The translations under genes and the position numbers were made by a program. A stretch of DNA of 63,382 nt, counting the filler, from Choristocarpus tenellus KU-1152 (taxonomy: Eukaryota; Protista; Phaeophyceae), in NCBI GenBank assembly GCA_964200185.2. It is 8 parts of 8 records of this genome, joined end to end, with 100 filler letters (N's around TTAATTAATTAA, not from the genome) between each part and the next. Parts side by side here need not be neighbours in the genome. Positions count along the whole stretch, not along the records: positions 25,506 to 33,600 come from CAXNAD020005156.1; positions 33,701 to 37,176 come from CAXNAD020019775.1; positions 37,277 to 46,081 come from CAXNAD020004315.1; 5 more parts are not named here. One strand, given 5' to 3'. Positions within the stretch are counted from its first letter, which is position 1, and every line of letters begins with the position of its first letter. Below, piece after piece: positions 25,506-37,598 of the stretch. The notes beneath the pieces were generated by a model. That model did not search any database. It was not told where the DNA came from and saw only the letters and a program-made list of their open reading frames with translations.

Positions 25506-26457
25506 GCTCCTGTGTGAAGCGCCATCGCCCCCGATCTCCTAGATGTGTCTCCCATGACCTCCGTGGTCATGTAAGACGAGGAAGATATGATGGTGTTCTT
25601 GAGCTGGTCATAAGTGAGTTCTGGGGTTGTTGTCAGCTGGGCAAAAATCTGTGGCATGCTGTCTCTGATTCCTATGATCAGAGCTCCCTTTTTTGCACGA
25701 TCCTCTTTGGCTGCATCCAGCTGCTCGTACTCAGTCCAGATGTGATCAAGACGAATTACAAAATCTGCAGTGTCCTCCACTGACGAGCAGTACTTATCGC
25801 ACAGCTTCATTTCTAGAGCAATAAGCTTGTCGGACATGGGCCGCTGAATTGTAGCGCGCCTTCCATAAATTTGCTCCAGCTCGAGCCATGCTGCCCTCCC
25901 ATCGGGGCTTCCATTATATGCTCGTGCGAGCTGACCACCATCGTAGCAGCTCCTCTCGTGGCCTGGCCCAAAAGGAACCATAATGCCTCACAATGTTTAA
26001 CGTACTCCCCGTACGCGCTGCGTTCTCCAAACGATGTGTCAGGTGTGGGAGGTGCCGGAATGCGGTATTCTGGTTGGAGGATCTGGTACAGTCCTTTACC
26101 TCCTGCATAGCTTACCAGCGCCATCCGCCATTCCGCCATTCCGCCCACTTCTCCCGTGTATGCCCCCACGCTCCACTCCATACCACTGAGGCTCATAACC
26201 TATGCAAGAGAGAGTTACTCTGATAGAGTATTTTGCTTTACGTGGTATGGATTTGTTTATTAGCGGAGTGAGCACTATCCTCAAGGTGGGGGGTGGTGCT
26301 CTCCCTTGTTATCTAATTCGTTCGTCATCAAACACGTCAGAAATATGTTTAAACATGTTTGTGACAGTTACACTACGTATGTCACTTATAAGTTCAAGTT
26401 AAATTACTTCATTCACTTTTATACTATGAACCATATAGACTACTAGTCTATATTGCA
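25506..26457 (-). mobile_element. 5' end of a Ty1/Copia element (LTR, PBS, frameshifted gag), probably inside a TTC13 intron
   Basis: Putative LTR 26203-26457 (TGCAA...TTGCA); PBS GGTTATGAGCC at 26190-26200; gag-like ORFs 25813-26196 and 25506-25981 (DGRAAWLELEQIY..., FVIRLDHIW...L, LTYDQLKNTI). Confidence 0.8.
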
Positions 26458-26517
26458 CAGCTGTCTCATCTCATCTCAGGCGGTTCATTGCTTTATGTGC
26501 ACTTTTTTCATCCCCTG

Positions 26518-26519
<2 letters not shown>

Positions 26520-26552
<33 letters not shown>
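26520..26552. repeat. (CT)n microsatellite
   Basis: Direct reading; a similar tract lies at 27948-27973. Confidence 0.9.
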
Positions 26553-26559
<7 letters not shown>

Positions 26560-26592
26560 TCCTTCCCTCTGGCCCACAACTGACGTACTCAG

Positions 26593-29523
26593 GAGGGTTG
26601 GTGCAAGCGGCATGATCCTATGATTCTCAAGCACTATACTCGGCACCGAAAGCCAACTGGTGCTGCTGCTCAGGTTGCCATTGTGGACAGAGGAGAAGAT
26701 GTGCCCCCATCTTTTAGCAGGCCCGGGCTCGCGCATGCTGTACTTACGGCTGTGAAGCCATTGAGCCACGCGATCCAACTTTCCTGCCCTGGGTTCCTGG
26801 TAAATAAGCGACAGCATCGGATGTTTGGGCTTGCTGTGCTGGAGGTTGCACAGCTGGTTCAACAGCACTGGGAGAGTGTGAGGTCTGGAGGGATGGGGGC
26901 CATGGTGCCTAATGTGGGATCCTCCTCGCGGCAAATACATGGGGGGGGTGCGATGATGGGTTTGGGGGCAGGGGCAGGGGCAGGGGAGTGGGCAGAGACA
27001 GGAAAGGAAGGGGCTCATCCTCTTGGTTTCAGGGATGTGTTTGATGTGGCGGTGAGGTGGAGACAGTTGTCGGAACCAAATGACCCCGTGTGGTGGATAG
27101 ACCTCCTGCCGGCTGAAGCCTTTGCAGAAGGTTTTGGGCTTCAAACTCCTATGGTAAACGGGCAGTTGAAGGTGGGTGTGAAGTGGTGGTTTGTTATGAT
27201 TACTTCAATGTATGCTTGGGCTCTCGTGGCGTGTGGTGCATTGTCTTGGAGGGGGCAGAAGAGGAGAGGACTTGGAGGTTACAATTGTCGTGTGAGAGGG
27301 GGACTGGGGGGGGGGAGAGAGAGACCAGGAGTTGATGAGAGACATTGCATTGTTGTAGTTGTGAAGAAGTTTGGGAGGATTAGCCATTCTGGTGAAGTGG
27401 TGTGCTTCAGACAGTTTTTGGTGCCCATCGTCACGTTTTTTGTTCCTATCAGTGCCTTTACTAAAGCACTCTTTTGCAGCTAATATAATGGAAGATCTCC
27501 TTCCACACTCCATGAAGATCTCTTGGGAGGGTATTATGAATTTGAGCATGTGTTTTTCTTGAACCCATCAGACAATCCCTCCACCGTTTGCTCGTCTTGT
27601 GCGTATTCGTTGTGAAGGTGATCCGCTACTATCCTTACTACGACATGGCAATCAAGCTCATGAAATCACTCATGCCCAGTCAGAGTGGGTTAACACCTGA
27701 GCAATTGGCAGCAGCAACAGATGAGAAGGCTGGACTCAAGCAAATACATGACGCTGTGGGAAGGGATCACTGGGTTACAACGCCCTGTGAGAGGACAAGC
27801 CTGGCGCCTGGCACTGCCAGGCACATTATGGAGGGGTGAGTTTGGTTTTTGACAGGGTAATCAGGCGCATGTTGATGGCGGCAGTGTGGGGAGAATTGTG
27901 TCTGGTTCGTTGCTGGTAGAGTCATCTCGGTTGTTGTTGGTGCTACACCTCTCTCTCTCTCTCTCTCTCTCTCCACCAGAAAGGGTGGGGAGAGATTAGA
28001 GCGATGAGTTGTTGCTTTTATTTTTTATTCTGGGCTAGTTTTAACTAGTTGTGTGACTTTAACTAGTGGTGTGACTGCTGGGCAGTTCTGAGCACTGCTA
28101 CCAGGTACCTTGTTGGAGTCCTGCTATTGATCTACTGCGCCTGCCTGTATTTGTTATGGTGAACTGCATTGCAAATCCTCTCTTCGCACACTCTATTCCT
28201 CATTTGTGCATCATGTTGCCCATTCCCCATGTCATGTCGATGGCATTTCTCACTCCAAGGACCCGACTCACCATTGTGGCCAAGGCCCCTGAGGGGTTTG
28301 AGTTCACAATCCGAACACCAGGAACACCTGATCGTTGGCAGCAGTACAATGATGAGTTGTGTGCCGTCTGGGGGACCCTCACTGCAGCTGTTTGCCACTA
28401 TAATGGGGAAGGTGGAAATGGGGATAGGGATGACCTGCTGCACGATTTGGTCCTGAAGGTGCTGTGCCTCTCTGAATGGTTTGAACTGGGGTTGTGATCA
28501 ACTTGTACTCACGAGCAAAGAAGACATTGAGAAGGGAGGGGCAGTTTTGGGGCATTTTGATTTTGAAGGCTTCTTTGAACCTTGGGCAATAGTCACATGC
28601 CCATGCCTGACATGCAGTTAGCCACCCTCAGTAAGGTGAGGGTGTAGAAAACACCATGAGGTGTGGACACGTTGTTACCGGAAAAGTGCCCTCCTCCACA
28701 ATGCTCTCAAGACAAGAGTATATCACAAGGCAGTCATAGTGGCCCTTCAAATTCAAAAACACCCCCCTCTTAAATTGTATCGCTCCAATTTCTCTTCTTT
28801 TGTGTGCCTTTGTCTCAACACGTGATGATTCTTGCTTGCAATGTGTTGGCCTATGTAGTAGCATGGTCCATACTGAGTTGAACCCGCACACCTTCCCCAG
28901 GCTAAGTTATCTCTGGACTACCTGATGTCATCGTACCTCTCTTGGGAGTTTCGTCCCCCTCTTCTTTAGTGCCAGTTGAATAAGTCTTGGCTTAGCCCTC
29001 GCCTTCCTTGCCCACTCCATCAATGGGCGGAGGCATCATCAGAGACTTACATTACCATCAGAGACTTACACGTTAAAGCTGTTCACATTCTCCGTTTTTT
29101 GTCCCCATCGCTTTTCGCTCTCTCACAGAAATTCTCTTCACCTCTCCTCAACACCTGCACTTAACTCCACTGCCAATACACTCCCCCAATACATCTCGTC
29201 TCTGACAGGTGTTTTACTACTGGGTCAACTTTGGACCCCTTAGTCGAGGGAGCGCAGCATGTGGATATATAGTTCTGGCAGGGCTCATGCTTGCCCTTGA
29301 ATGGCAGCTGACCCAGCCCTTCCTTCCCCCTGGGGTTCAAATGGATTGGGAGGCCATTCTCTGCTCTTCTCCAGATGCCTTCCTTGAAAAAGCGCGGCCA
29401 TGGTTACATGGTGCCCTACGGCACTGTGACGATCACCTGTCCAGCATCCCTCTCGTTAAAGATGCGTTTCCCACTGTGCTGGAGGCGATCAAGGCCCTAA
29501 ACTTCCCGTATGCTGCTTCTTGA
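26593..29523 (+). CDS. TTC13: TTC13 / SRFR1-like tetratricopeptide-repeat protein, 3' part (last 4 exons)
   Basis: Phase-consistent exons 26593-27171, 27618-27835, 28260-28458, 29209-29523. Family motifs FDVAVRWRQLSEPNDPVWWIDLL, EGFGLQTPM..GQLKVIRYYPYY, MEGTRLT..FEFTIRTPGTPDRW, YYWVNFGPLSRGSAACG and QMDWEAIL. Confidence 0.88.
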
Positions 29524-31053
29524 TTCATTTTGTACTTTAGCTGACACAAGATGGTTATTTGTAACCTTCAGCTATTTTGCCAGGGTTGGCATCTACTTCA
29601 AAAATTGATTGTTGCTACTGTATACATACATAAACATAAATTATATACTTAAACTAACAGAAACATACGAATATTCCGTTCTTTCAGATCAATCACCGTC
29701 ATCTTACACAACTGATTCAGTCAGAATCCATTACATTCATCTAGTATGTGTGTGTATGTGTATGAAGTGAAGTAGAACATAATCTTGATTTTAGCATATC
29801 CATTGAGGAACACAGTAGTGTGTGAATACATGTGTTTTTTATGCAATTGCTGCTAGCCACAATCAATTGATGGAGAGACTGTGCACAGGCACTCAGTACA
29901 ATGACTTAGAAGTGAACTTACTTGACTCGTACCATCCACTGCCCACCAAAATAAAGAGCAAATTGTTGTGTTGAGTCAGAGCAAGATAGAGTCTCTCCAG
30001 CTGTTTTATTCAGTCTGCAGGTGAGCTCAAGTACCTGTTGTTTCAAAATACCAGGTATGTATACTTTTGATATAAAATAGTTCTAATTTATTATTGCCAA
30101 TAAAGCTGTAATCAAGAAGTGATTGAGCAGTGGATAGCAAAGATTAGTACCCTGCTGACCTTTCAAGGTAGTCGTCATAAAGGAAGAGCAAAGGCAGTCC
30201 AATCAAGACAGAGTACTTGCTACCAAGTACAGTATGTATCATGTATCATGTATCATCTATATTTTCATGCTACGTAAAACTAGACTTTTTGCTACTACTA
30301 TTCAAATGGTACTAGATAATGCTGCACTGGGTGTACACTGAAATCAAATCTTTTCCCACAGTCGTTGCTTCTTCGAAGATCAAAATCTAGTGCAATATAG
30401 AAAAGAGCTCAAATCCTATCAGAGTATACCTAACAATATTCAATTTTAAGAGCTACTCTCATGGGAAAGGATATCTCACCTCCACCAACTATTTTTCTTT
30501 TTCCATTCTCTCATCCCATCCGATTTCTAATTTTCTTCAACTCATCGATCTGTATCTGTCCACCTTCCTTGCAATACTGTGTGTATATTGTTCACCTACA
30601 GGTGTGTAGGTGAACTCCCTGTTTCCCCTTAACTACGACTACATCAACACTCTGCAGACTCCTTACTTACCAGAACATCAGGTTGTGTTTAAAATGAACA
30701 GAAATCAAAAGTGAACAATCCTTTTGCTTCTCAATGGTTGAATCTATCCCCCCCCCCCCCTCTTCCCTTTCCCCTGTAATCGACTCTTGTATTGCCCCCA
30801 TCGCAACCTATCATACTCACAACCGTCAGAAGAACAGCTGGTCAAGTCAGTCTGACACCGTACTCATCCCCAAACACCCAACCCTGACCTGTGTGAGCTA
30901 ACGCTTATTTGTCAATGTCACGAAACCTCTACCAACAACAGCAGGTGCAATACAACACCCTTGCTGCCTGCCTATCTCCTTTGAACCTCCCCTGCATTCA
31001 CAAATCAACACAGATACAAGCATGCTACTGTATTACCCCATTGATAGTCTCAT

Positions 31054-33250
31054 TCATGATGTCTCGTCATCCCCCTCCCCTTCAGTCTCTTCCTCGTCCT
31101 CTCCCTTGACTTCCTCATCAAAAACCTCTTCAAATTCTTCCTCGTGCACTTCCACCTCTATCCCATCGCCAGGAATCTTTGATTCCTCAATAACCACATC
31201 TGCTTCCAAAGCGATCTCGTCTTCGACAGGGTCCACAAAACCACCACGGGCACTCTAGGCATTTGTTTACACAGCACAAAAAGCACCATGATTAGTACAT
31301 CACCATCAAGAGGATAAGCAGGGGCAGGGTTTGGGGGTGGCGAGTATCTATCTCATACTAAAAATGTGTCACATGTGCTGACTTCAAATGAGGGAGTCGA
31401 TAGACTTTGCATCATCATCCTGGACACCCCAACCACAGAGGTCACTGCAATTCTTGTTGCTACAACAACAGTATGGTGTTCACTGCACAGATGTTCCTGT
31501 GATTGACACACGATCCCGAGTGTGTTGCAGCACCTTTCATAGCAATATATATTGTAAAGGGAACATAAGTAATTGCCCCTCTCCCCCCACTTCCCCCATA
31601 GAAAACTACACACTAATAGTTTGATTTTGTAGCAACAGACACTCTCAACAATGCATGACAATATGTACAACAGTATTCTCGATAAAAATGTCAACCGTAA
31701 AAGCCAAGCAAGTGTTGTTTCTCATCAATATAACAGCAGCAAACTGGAAAACACCTTCTCACAAGATAACACCTTCACATATACATTAACCACAAAATCC
31801 CTTCCATATCAAAATAGATCAAACACACACAGGAGCATTGATAATAGAGCTTCACCTCTTCACTTTTGGTGGAACTATCCTTCTCCTCCCTGACCGCTTC
31901 CTTCATGGCCGCAACTGCAATATCCACCTGGTAGAGTAAGGAGCAACAGCGATGATCACAAAAATGGAATGGCACAAGTTAGCAGGAGAAAATCTAAAAG
32001 TTATCTCTTGTGGTATTTTGTTTCACTCATGTCACACAAAATCCGCAAGACTTTTCAGTCATAGAACACAACAAAGATTGGTATTTTGAATAGCACTGAT
32101 ATTTGAATCATAGCTAATATTACCTCACAGACGGATCACATTGAGGTGGTTCAATACCTAAGTGCAAAAGTATCTATTCCAAAGACATGACTTTCCCTTG
32201 TTCTTCTGCTACAGTCCATCACAGAGACAGAAGACCAAACCATTGCATTGAGGACATGGTTAGGATTAGGAAAGGCAATCCACAGTGGACAAGTAGAAAA
32301 CCTCACTACAATGGTGTAAAAGAGCCCAACCTGTGTGGATAAGGTCACCCTAACTCCACTCCACATTGTGAGATCATCACAAGTATGAATATCACGGTGA
32401 CCATGAAGTTTTACGATCTCAGAGCACCATAGAGCAGTAAAAAAACTGTAAACATATCTGGAGTTTTTTGTTATTGTCCTTTCTCAAACCATCCTATGCA
32501 AAACAATGGCATCCACATCTATCACACAGTTCCAGCAAGACAAAATAAGCATTGCAGTCACTTTATACCTTCTTTATGAATGTAGTCATTGAGCAATAAA
32601 TCATGCAAGTGAAGTGTATCTCTAACAAACCCCATCTCTAACCCTCATGATAGAAAAAAAACTCCATCCACGACAAGTAATACAAACCCAACAGCGCAGA
32701 ATACTGCTGTACTGTCACCCTGTAAAATAACCTGTTGGTATATTACACTTGAAAAGTAAAAGCTAAACCTAACCCCATATAAAAAACAAACATAACATAC
32801 TCGTATTACTGCCCTCAAAGTTGTCTAAAGGTTATGTGATTGTTGCATTAGTGGCATGGCCAAATGAGAGCAATAACACAAACACTTTTTAGTTACTACC
32901 AAGATACACAGACTACAGAAGCCCTCTTACCATGCAAGGGTACATCAAAACCCTGTTGGATGTCCAAACTCAGCCATAAAAAAGAACCAGAGTTCGAAAA
33001 TGTGTTCAACTGTTATGTAAGTCATCAACCCTTTCAATACAGCACATTTCGACTACTTGTACCATTCAAGCAAACAATACCACTTTACAGTACTACATCA
33101 TCATAGTCCCGTTCATTCCCCATTCAGACTTCACATAGCATCAACCTCGTCCTCATCTTCAGCAGCCTCCACAACAGCCTCTTCAGCTGCCTCAGCAACC
33201 TGCGATACAGTTTTGAACCCTTCCTCGATTGTATCTACAGCACTAGACAC
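31054..33250 (-). CDS. 3' exons of an acidic (Glu/Asp-rich) protein of unknown function
   Basis: Three AG-preceded coding-like blocks: from 33250 (VSSAVDTIEEGFK..EAAEEAVV), from ~31928 (VDIAVAAMKEA) and ~31255-31054 (SARGGFVDPVEDEI...GDDETS*). Donor sites are ambiguous. Confidence 0.5.
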
Positions 33251-33600
33251 CTATGTATTTCAAATTAAGGAGGGGGAGAGATGAAAGAGCGGATTTGGGC
33301 AAGGAAATCACAACTCACATGAAGGTATATGGGATTGAATCAAGTGTACTTCTACAATCTATAAAAGTTGCCACTGCATTAGAAGTATCACACAGGGCAG
33401 GCACAGGCTGCTTAGTCAGAGATGAAGCCATGGCAGCATCAATGGTGGGTTTACATTGTGTAAGCCACACAGCTTTTGCTTCCCCTTTGCAGTATATCAG
33501 CAAAGATTCTTGCCAAAAGTATATCGTGTGCTGGGTTCACACCCCTGGTGTAACCATGGCCACCGCTCTCAATAAAGCAGACACAAATACCCTGTATTCA

Positions 33601-33700
33601 NNNNNNNNNNNNNNNNNNNNNNNNNNNNNNNNNNNNNNNNNNNNTTAATTAATTAANNNNNNNNNNNNNNNNNNNNNNNNNNNNNNNNNNNNNNNNNNNN
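33601..33700. other. Artificial contig-joining spacer
   Basis: N44-TTAATTAATTAA-N44. Confidence 0.98.
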
Positions 33701-34168
33701 AAGTTATTGCCCCCATGGAGAGGACCTTATGAAGTGAATGCACGTATATCACCCGTTGTTTGTCATGTAATGCGCTTGGAAGATCGACGTGAAGTGATAG
33801 TTCATGTGGCCAGACTTAAACCCTTGAAGGAAGGAAAAGCCACAGAACCTGATATTGATGCCCTCAATTCACTCTTTTTAGGCCGGGTATTACCCGAACC
33901 AAATCTATCTCAGGGGTGAAAGACACAACCAACTATTATGTCTTACGATGTCGAGGGCATTGTTGATCATAAGCGAGGTGTAGGAAGAAAGACTACCCGC
34001 AATTATTTGTACCAGCTTCGCTTTCAGGGATATTCACCACCCAATGATGTATGGCGCAAACCCGCTGAAATACCTGAATGTGCAGAGATGATCGCTGCCT
34101 ATAGGGATGAGGACAAGTTGGACCTACCTATTGTAAGAGCCACTGGCCAAGCGACTTGTCATAATTAA
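33701..34168 (+). mobile_element. Gypsy integrase C-terminus (GPY/F) plus chromodomain, with one in-frame stop
   Basis: PWRGPYEV...VHVARLKP, then YDVEGIVDH...YQLRFQGYSPPNDVW..AEIPECAEMIAAY. Confidence 0.85.
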
Positions 34169-34519
34169 AAGGCACCTGCCACTACAACAGCCGAAGAATT
34201 TGTATTACCGCCAACCGAGCGTCCACCTAATTGCAACCAAGCCTCCTCTAATACTTGTGACATCCCTCCTTGTGGACCGGAAAGTGCCACGAATGCCTCT
34301 ATACTAGTGGGTTGCCGACCTGGCGAATTGCCACCAGATTCCACGGATAGAGAAGTTGTTTCTTTTTCAATACCAAGATGACCGAAGCGACGCCGATAGA
34401 TTCTTGAAGGCCAAACCATGGCTCAGTCCGGGTGATGTTTTAAGAGCTGATCTAGTTAGCGACTTGAGTCTCGCGAAGTAGAAAGACTGCTCTCATCCGG
34501 AAACAAGCACAGGTTGGTC

Positions 34520-35360
34520 CTATCTGTGAGAAGCATGTATACCTTTCCAAAAATATGATTTACCTCAGGTATAATATTTTAGTTGATTATTTCTTTTAAA
34601 TGTGTACATAAAAATATTTCAAGTCCAAATTTCTGGTTGTCCAAGCACCATGGAGGCAATTTGTTGAAGAAGAGGTGATAGTAAGGGGCGATGAGTCTTC
34701 CAACCACCCTTGACACTATTCCCACAACACTCCCCAATAGACGACTTGATGTACCAAAGCTGTGGTGATACTGAGCTTTATCCACTCAACCCCCCCGGAG
34801 GCACGCAGGAGACAGGCAGGTCCACACCATTTTTTCTCACTGTGTTTACCACCCGTTAACACAGATTTCACTCGGACTAGGGTGGTATTTAGAACTGATC
34901 TATTAGACGACTTCAGGATCGTGGGGTTGGAGAGATTGCTCTTATCTGGAGACATTAACACAGAGTAATTCTACCTGTGAGAAGCATGCATATATTTTTC
35001 TGTTCAAAATATTATCTACCATGAGTATAATATTTTACTTCTTTTAACAAATAAATGCACATATAACAAACATTTAAAGTCCAACGTTTCTGATTGTCCA
35101 AGCACCTTGGAGGCAAGTTGTTGAAGAAGAAATGATAGTAAGGGATGATGAATTTTCCAACCACCCTTGACACTATCCCCACAACACTCCTAAATAGATG
35201 ACTTGATGTACCAAAGCTGTCGTGATACTGACCTTCATTTACTCCAATTGCCGGGAGGCACGTAGGAGACAGGCAGGCTCATGGCATTTTTCTCACTGCG
35301 GTTTCCACACATTAACACAGAAGATTTCACTTGGACTAGAGTGTGACTTAGGGCTGATCA
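34520..35360. repeat. ~451-bp tandem duplication, possibly of a decayed transposase segment
   Basis: CTA.CTGTGAGAAGCATG at 34520 and 34971; units are colinear. Minus-strand VVGRLIAPYYHLFFN is weakly piggyBac-like. Confidence 0.8.
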
Positions 35361-37176
35361 CCACTAGTGCTCACCTTCATTTTTCTTTGCCCTGAGTTGA
35401 TTTAACTAGGATGTTTTCATTTTAATTTTTCCTCCCAAAAGATGGACCTGTCCGACATGAAGTTCTGGTCAGCCACTTTTGTGTTCGTGTCGGATAGAAT
35501 CCACACTAGGGGGGGGTAATGTCAGGGACAGGTCCCTTTTTAAGGATCTCCCACACACACATTTGTGGATAAGACGCGCGATCAAATACATTTGTGCGCA
35601 CCAAACACACGTCATTGGAACTCGCCCATACCAACCAGTCCAATAAACCAACCACACCCATAAGATCTAGATATGACCAAACATCCAAAATAAACCGTCA
35701 GAAAGAAGAGAAGTTCCGATTCTGACCGATCCATTTCTCTGCTGTGACGTTGCTCACTCATTCTTGGACATCTGTTGTGTCTTGAGGTTTGTGTTCTGTT
35801 CTGGATTTCCTCAATATTCTGAGATGTTCAAGACCTTTTAAACTCGGTCTCACACCCTCTGAGGTGGAAGAGCTCAGTCGGGTGATTGTGATTTGCCCCC
35901 TTAAGCAGATAACTTGGGACCTTTGACTCTTCCGCAAACACTATAATAATTCATCGGGAAATAGGAAGCAAAAAAAGTATTTGACTCATTTGAGACCATA
36001 GAACCAACCTCTACAGTATAAATACCTGGAATATGATTCTCGTGGATTGTCCATGTATTTAAAACGATGGATTAATCTCATGACTTCGAAAAGGGTTGTT
36101 AGAATCACCACATAATCCGAACCTCATTCGTCAGCACGATCCATAATCAAAGAGGACAAATTATGGTTGATACGGACAACGAAAAGAAACCAAGAACGAG
36201 AATATATATATTTTGTAAAGTTGAATCGGTGCAAACAGGGTTCACTGTACTTTGTCCGCTCCATCTAAGTCGAACACCTCGCGATCAACTCTTCAATCGC
36301 CCCATCGCAAAAATGTATGTAACTCATTTGAGTCCACATATTATCTAAGAGGAGTTATAATCCTACATTTGCTCAGCATTTGGCGTTTGGCAATTTGCAC
36401 CCAGTGTTGCGGGTGATATTGTACCTCTCATCCATTACCAGTAAAAGAGATAATTATCAAGGTAGCATCACCATCGCCTCTACCCAGCCTCAGGCCCATA
36501 GTAACAGACCTGTTCCTAGACATGTCGCTTGCTAGAGTGATGACCCTAAGTTGCTCCAACGCATCAATATATTACAGACTCGGAGTATTTACCTAGGCTA
36601 TTTCTCGATTCTAGTTACTATCTGACTCTCACTACATTTCATTGAAACTTGGTGGTGCCACTCATCCTTAAAAACGTTTATGCTCCTCCAAACTTCACGA
36701 TCCTACTAGTTCTTTTCAGCATTGCATGTGCCTCGCCACCTTTCGTCTTGAGTACTAAATTGTGGTAGGTTATATTCCTTGTTGACTCTCTTGCTTCTTG
36801 CGTCATTCGAGCAGCAACAATCTCGAATTACAGTGTGTGGTCTTTACCATCAATACACCAAGGTTCACATCTGTCTTCCTGTCCGGACTGGAAGATGCGA
36901 ATCGCAGGCCTCTCTCTTGCTGCTGCAATTGGCATCTGGGGAGATCAGGGTAAGCCGTAGTCCGATAGTTACTATAAGCAACGGAGTCTGGAGTATAAGA
37001 GTGAGTCAACTCGTGTGTCGACTTCTACACTGAAATTTACTGTGTCCTACAGTCATCGTGTTTGGAGACATGTTGTACCATATTGTGATTGCTGTGTCTC
37101 TGTTACAGGCGCCCCTCAATGCTCACCTTCCAGGATGTACAACTCAAATCCAACGACCTTAAAACGATGCTATAAG

Positions 37177-37276
37177 NNNNNNNNNNNNNNNNNNNNNNNN
37201 NNNNNNNNNNNNNNNNNNNNTTAATTAATTAANNNNNNNNNNNNNNNNNNNNNNNNNNNNNNNNNNNNNNNNNNNN
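37177..37276. other. Artificial contig-joining spacer
   Basis: N44-TTAATTAATTAA-N44. Confidence 0.98.
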
Positions 37277-37319
37277 GATGTTTTGAAGAGGTGAGTAACC
37301 AGCCTACGCCACCCTCGAT

Positions 37320-37598
37320 AGTGGAGATGTATACCACGGAATACAGACTAATAGTTTTGACCTTGAGAATATAAAATATGCTCAAAATTCTATAAGAATA
37401 TTATCTGGTCTTTATGGTATTTTAAGACCAATGGATTTAATCAAGCCATACAGATTAGAAATGGGGATTAAACTTGAAGTCAAGCAAGAGAAAGGCTTGT
37501 ATCCATTTTGGAGAAATAAAATCACCTCGCATATAAGCAATGAACTAGAATCTCATAAGGAAAAAACCATTATTAATCTTGCATCAAATGAATATTTA
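37320..37598 (+). pseudogene. yaaA: Internal fragment of bacterial peroxide-stress protein YaaA (DUF328)
   Basis: Open frame SGDVYHGIQTNSFDLENIKYAQNSIRILSGLYGILRPMDLIKPYRLEMGIKL...LYPFW..KIT...IINLASNEY carries the YaaA hallmarks GDVY, ILSGLYG.LRP.D.I.PYRLEMG and INLAS.EY. It is intronless, AT-rich and truncated at both ends. Confidence 0.85.

Noticed and set aside
26485-27144. 219-aa minus-strand ORF
   Set aside because: Antisense shadow of a TTC13 exon that runs into a (GA)n microsatellite.
17767-29523. LPMO, ankyrin and TTC13/SRFR1 as a defence gene cluster
   Set aside because: TTC13 is on a different contig, across the spacer at 25406-25505, so the adjacency is artificial.
37277-37290. 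Exon fragment DVLKR as the first exon of panC
   Set aside because: It is phase-compatible, but 39308-39447 gives a much better PanC N-terminus (TIIELRHARR) and its own start codon.
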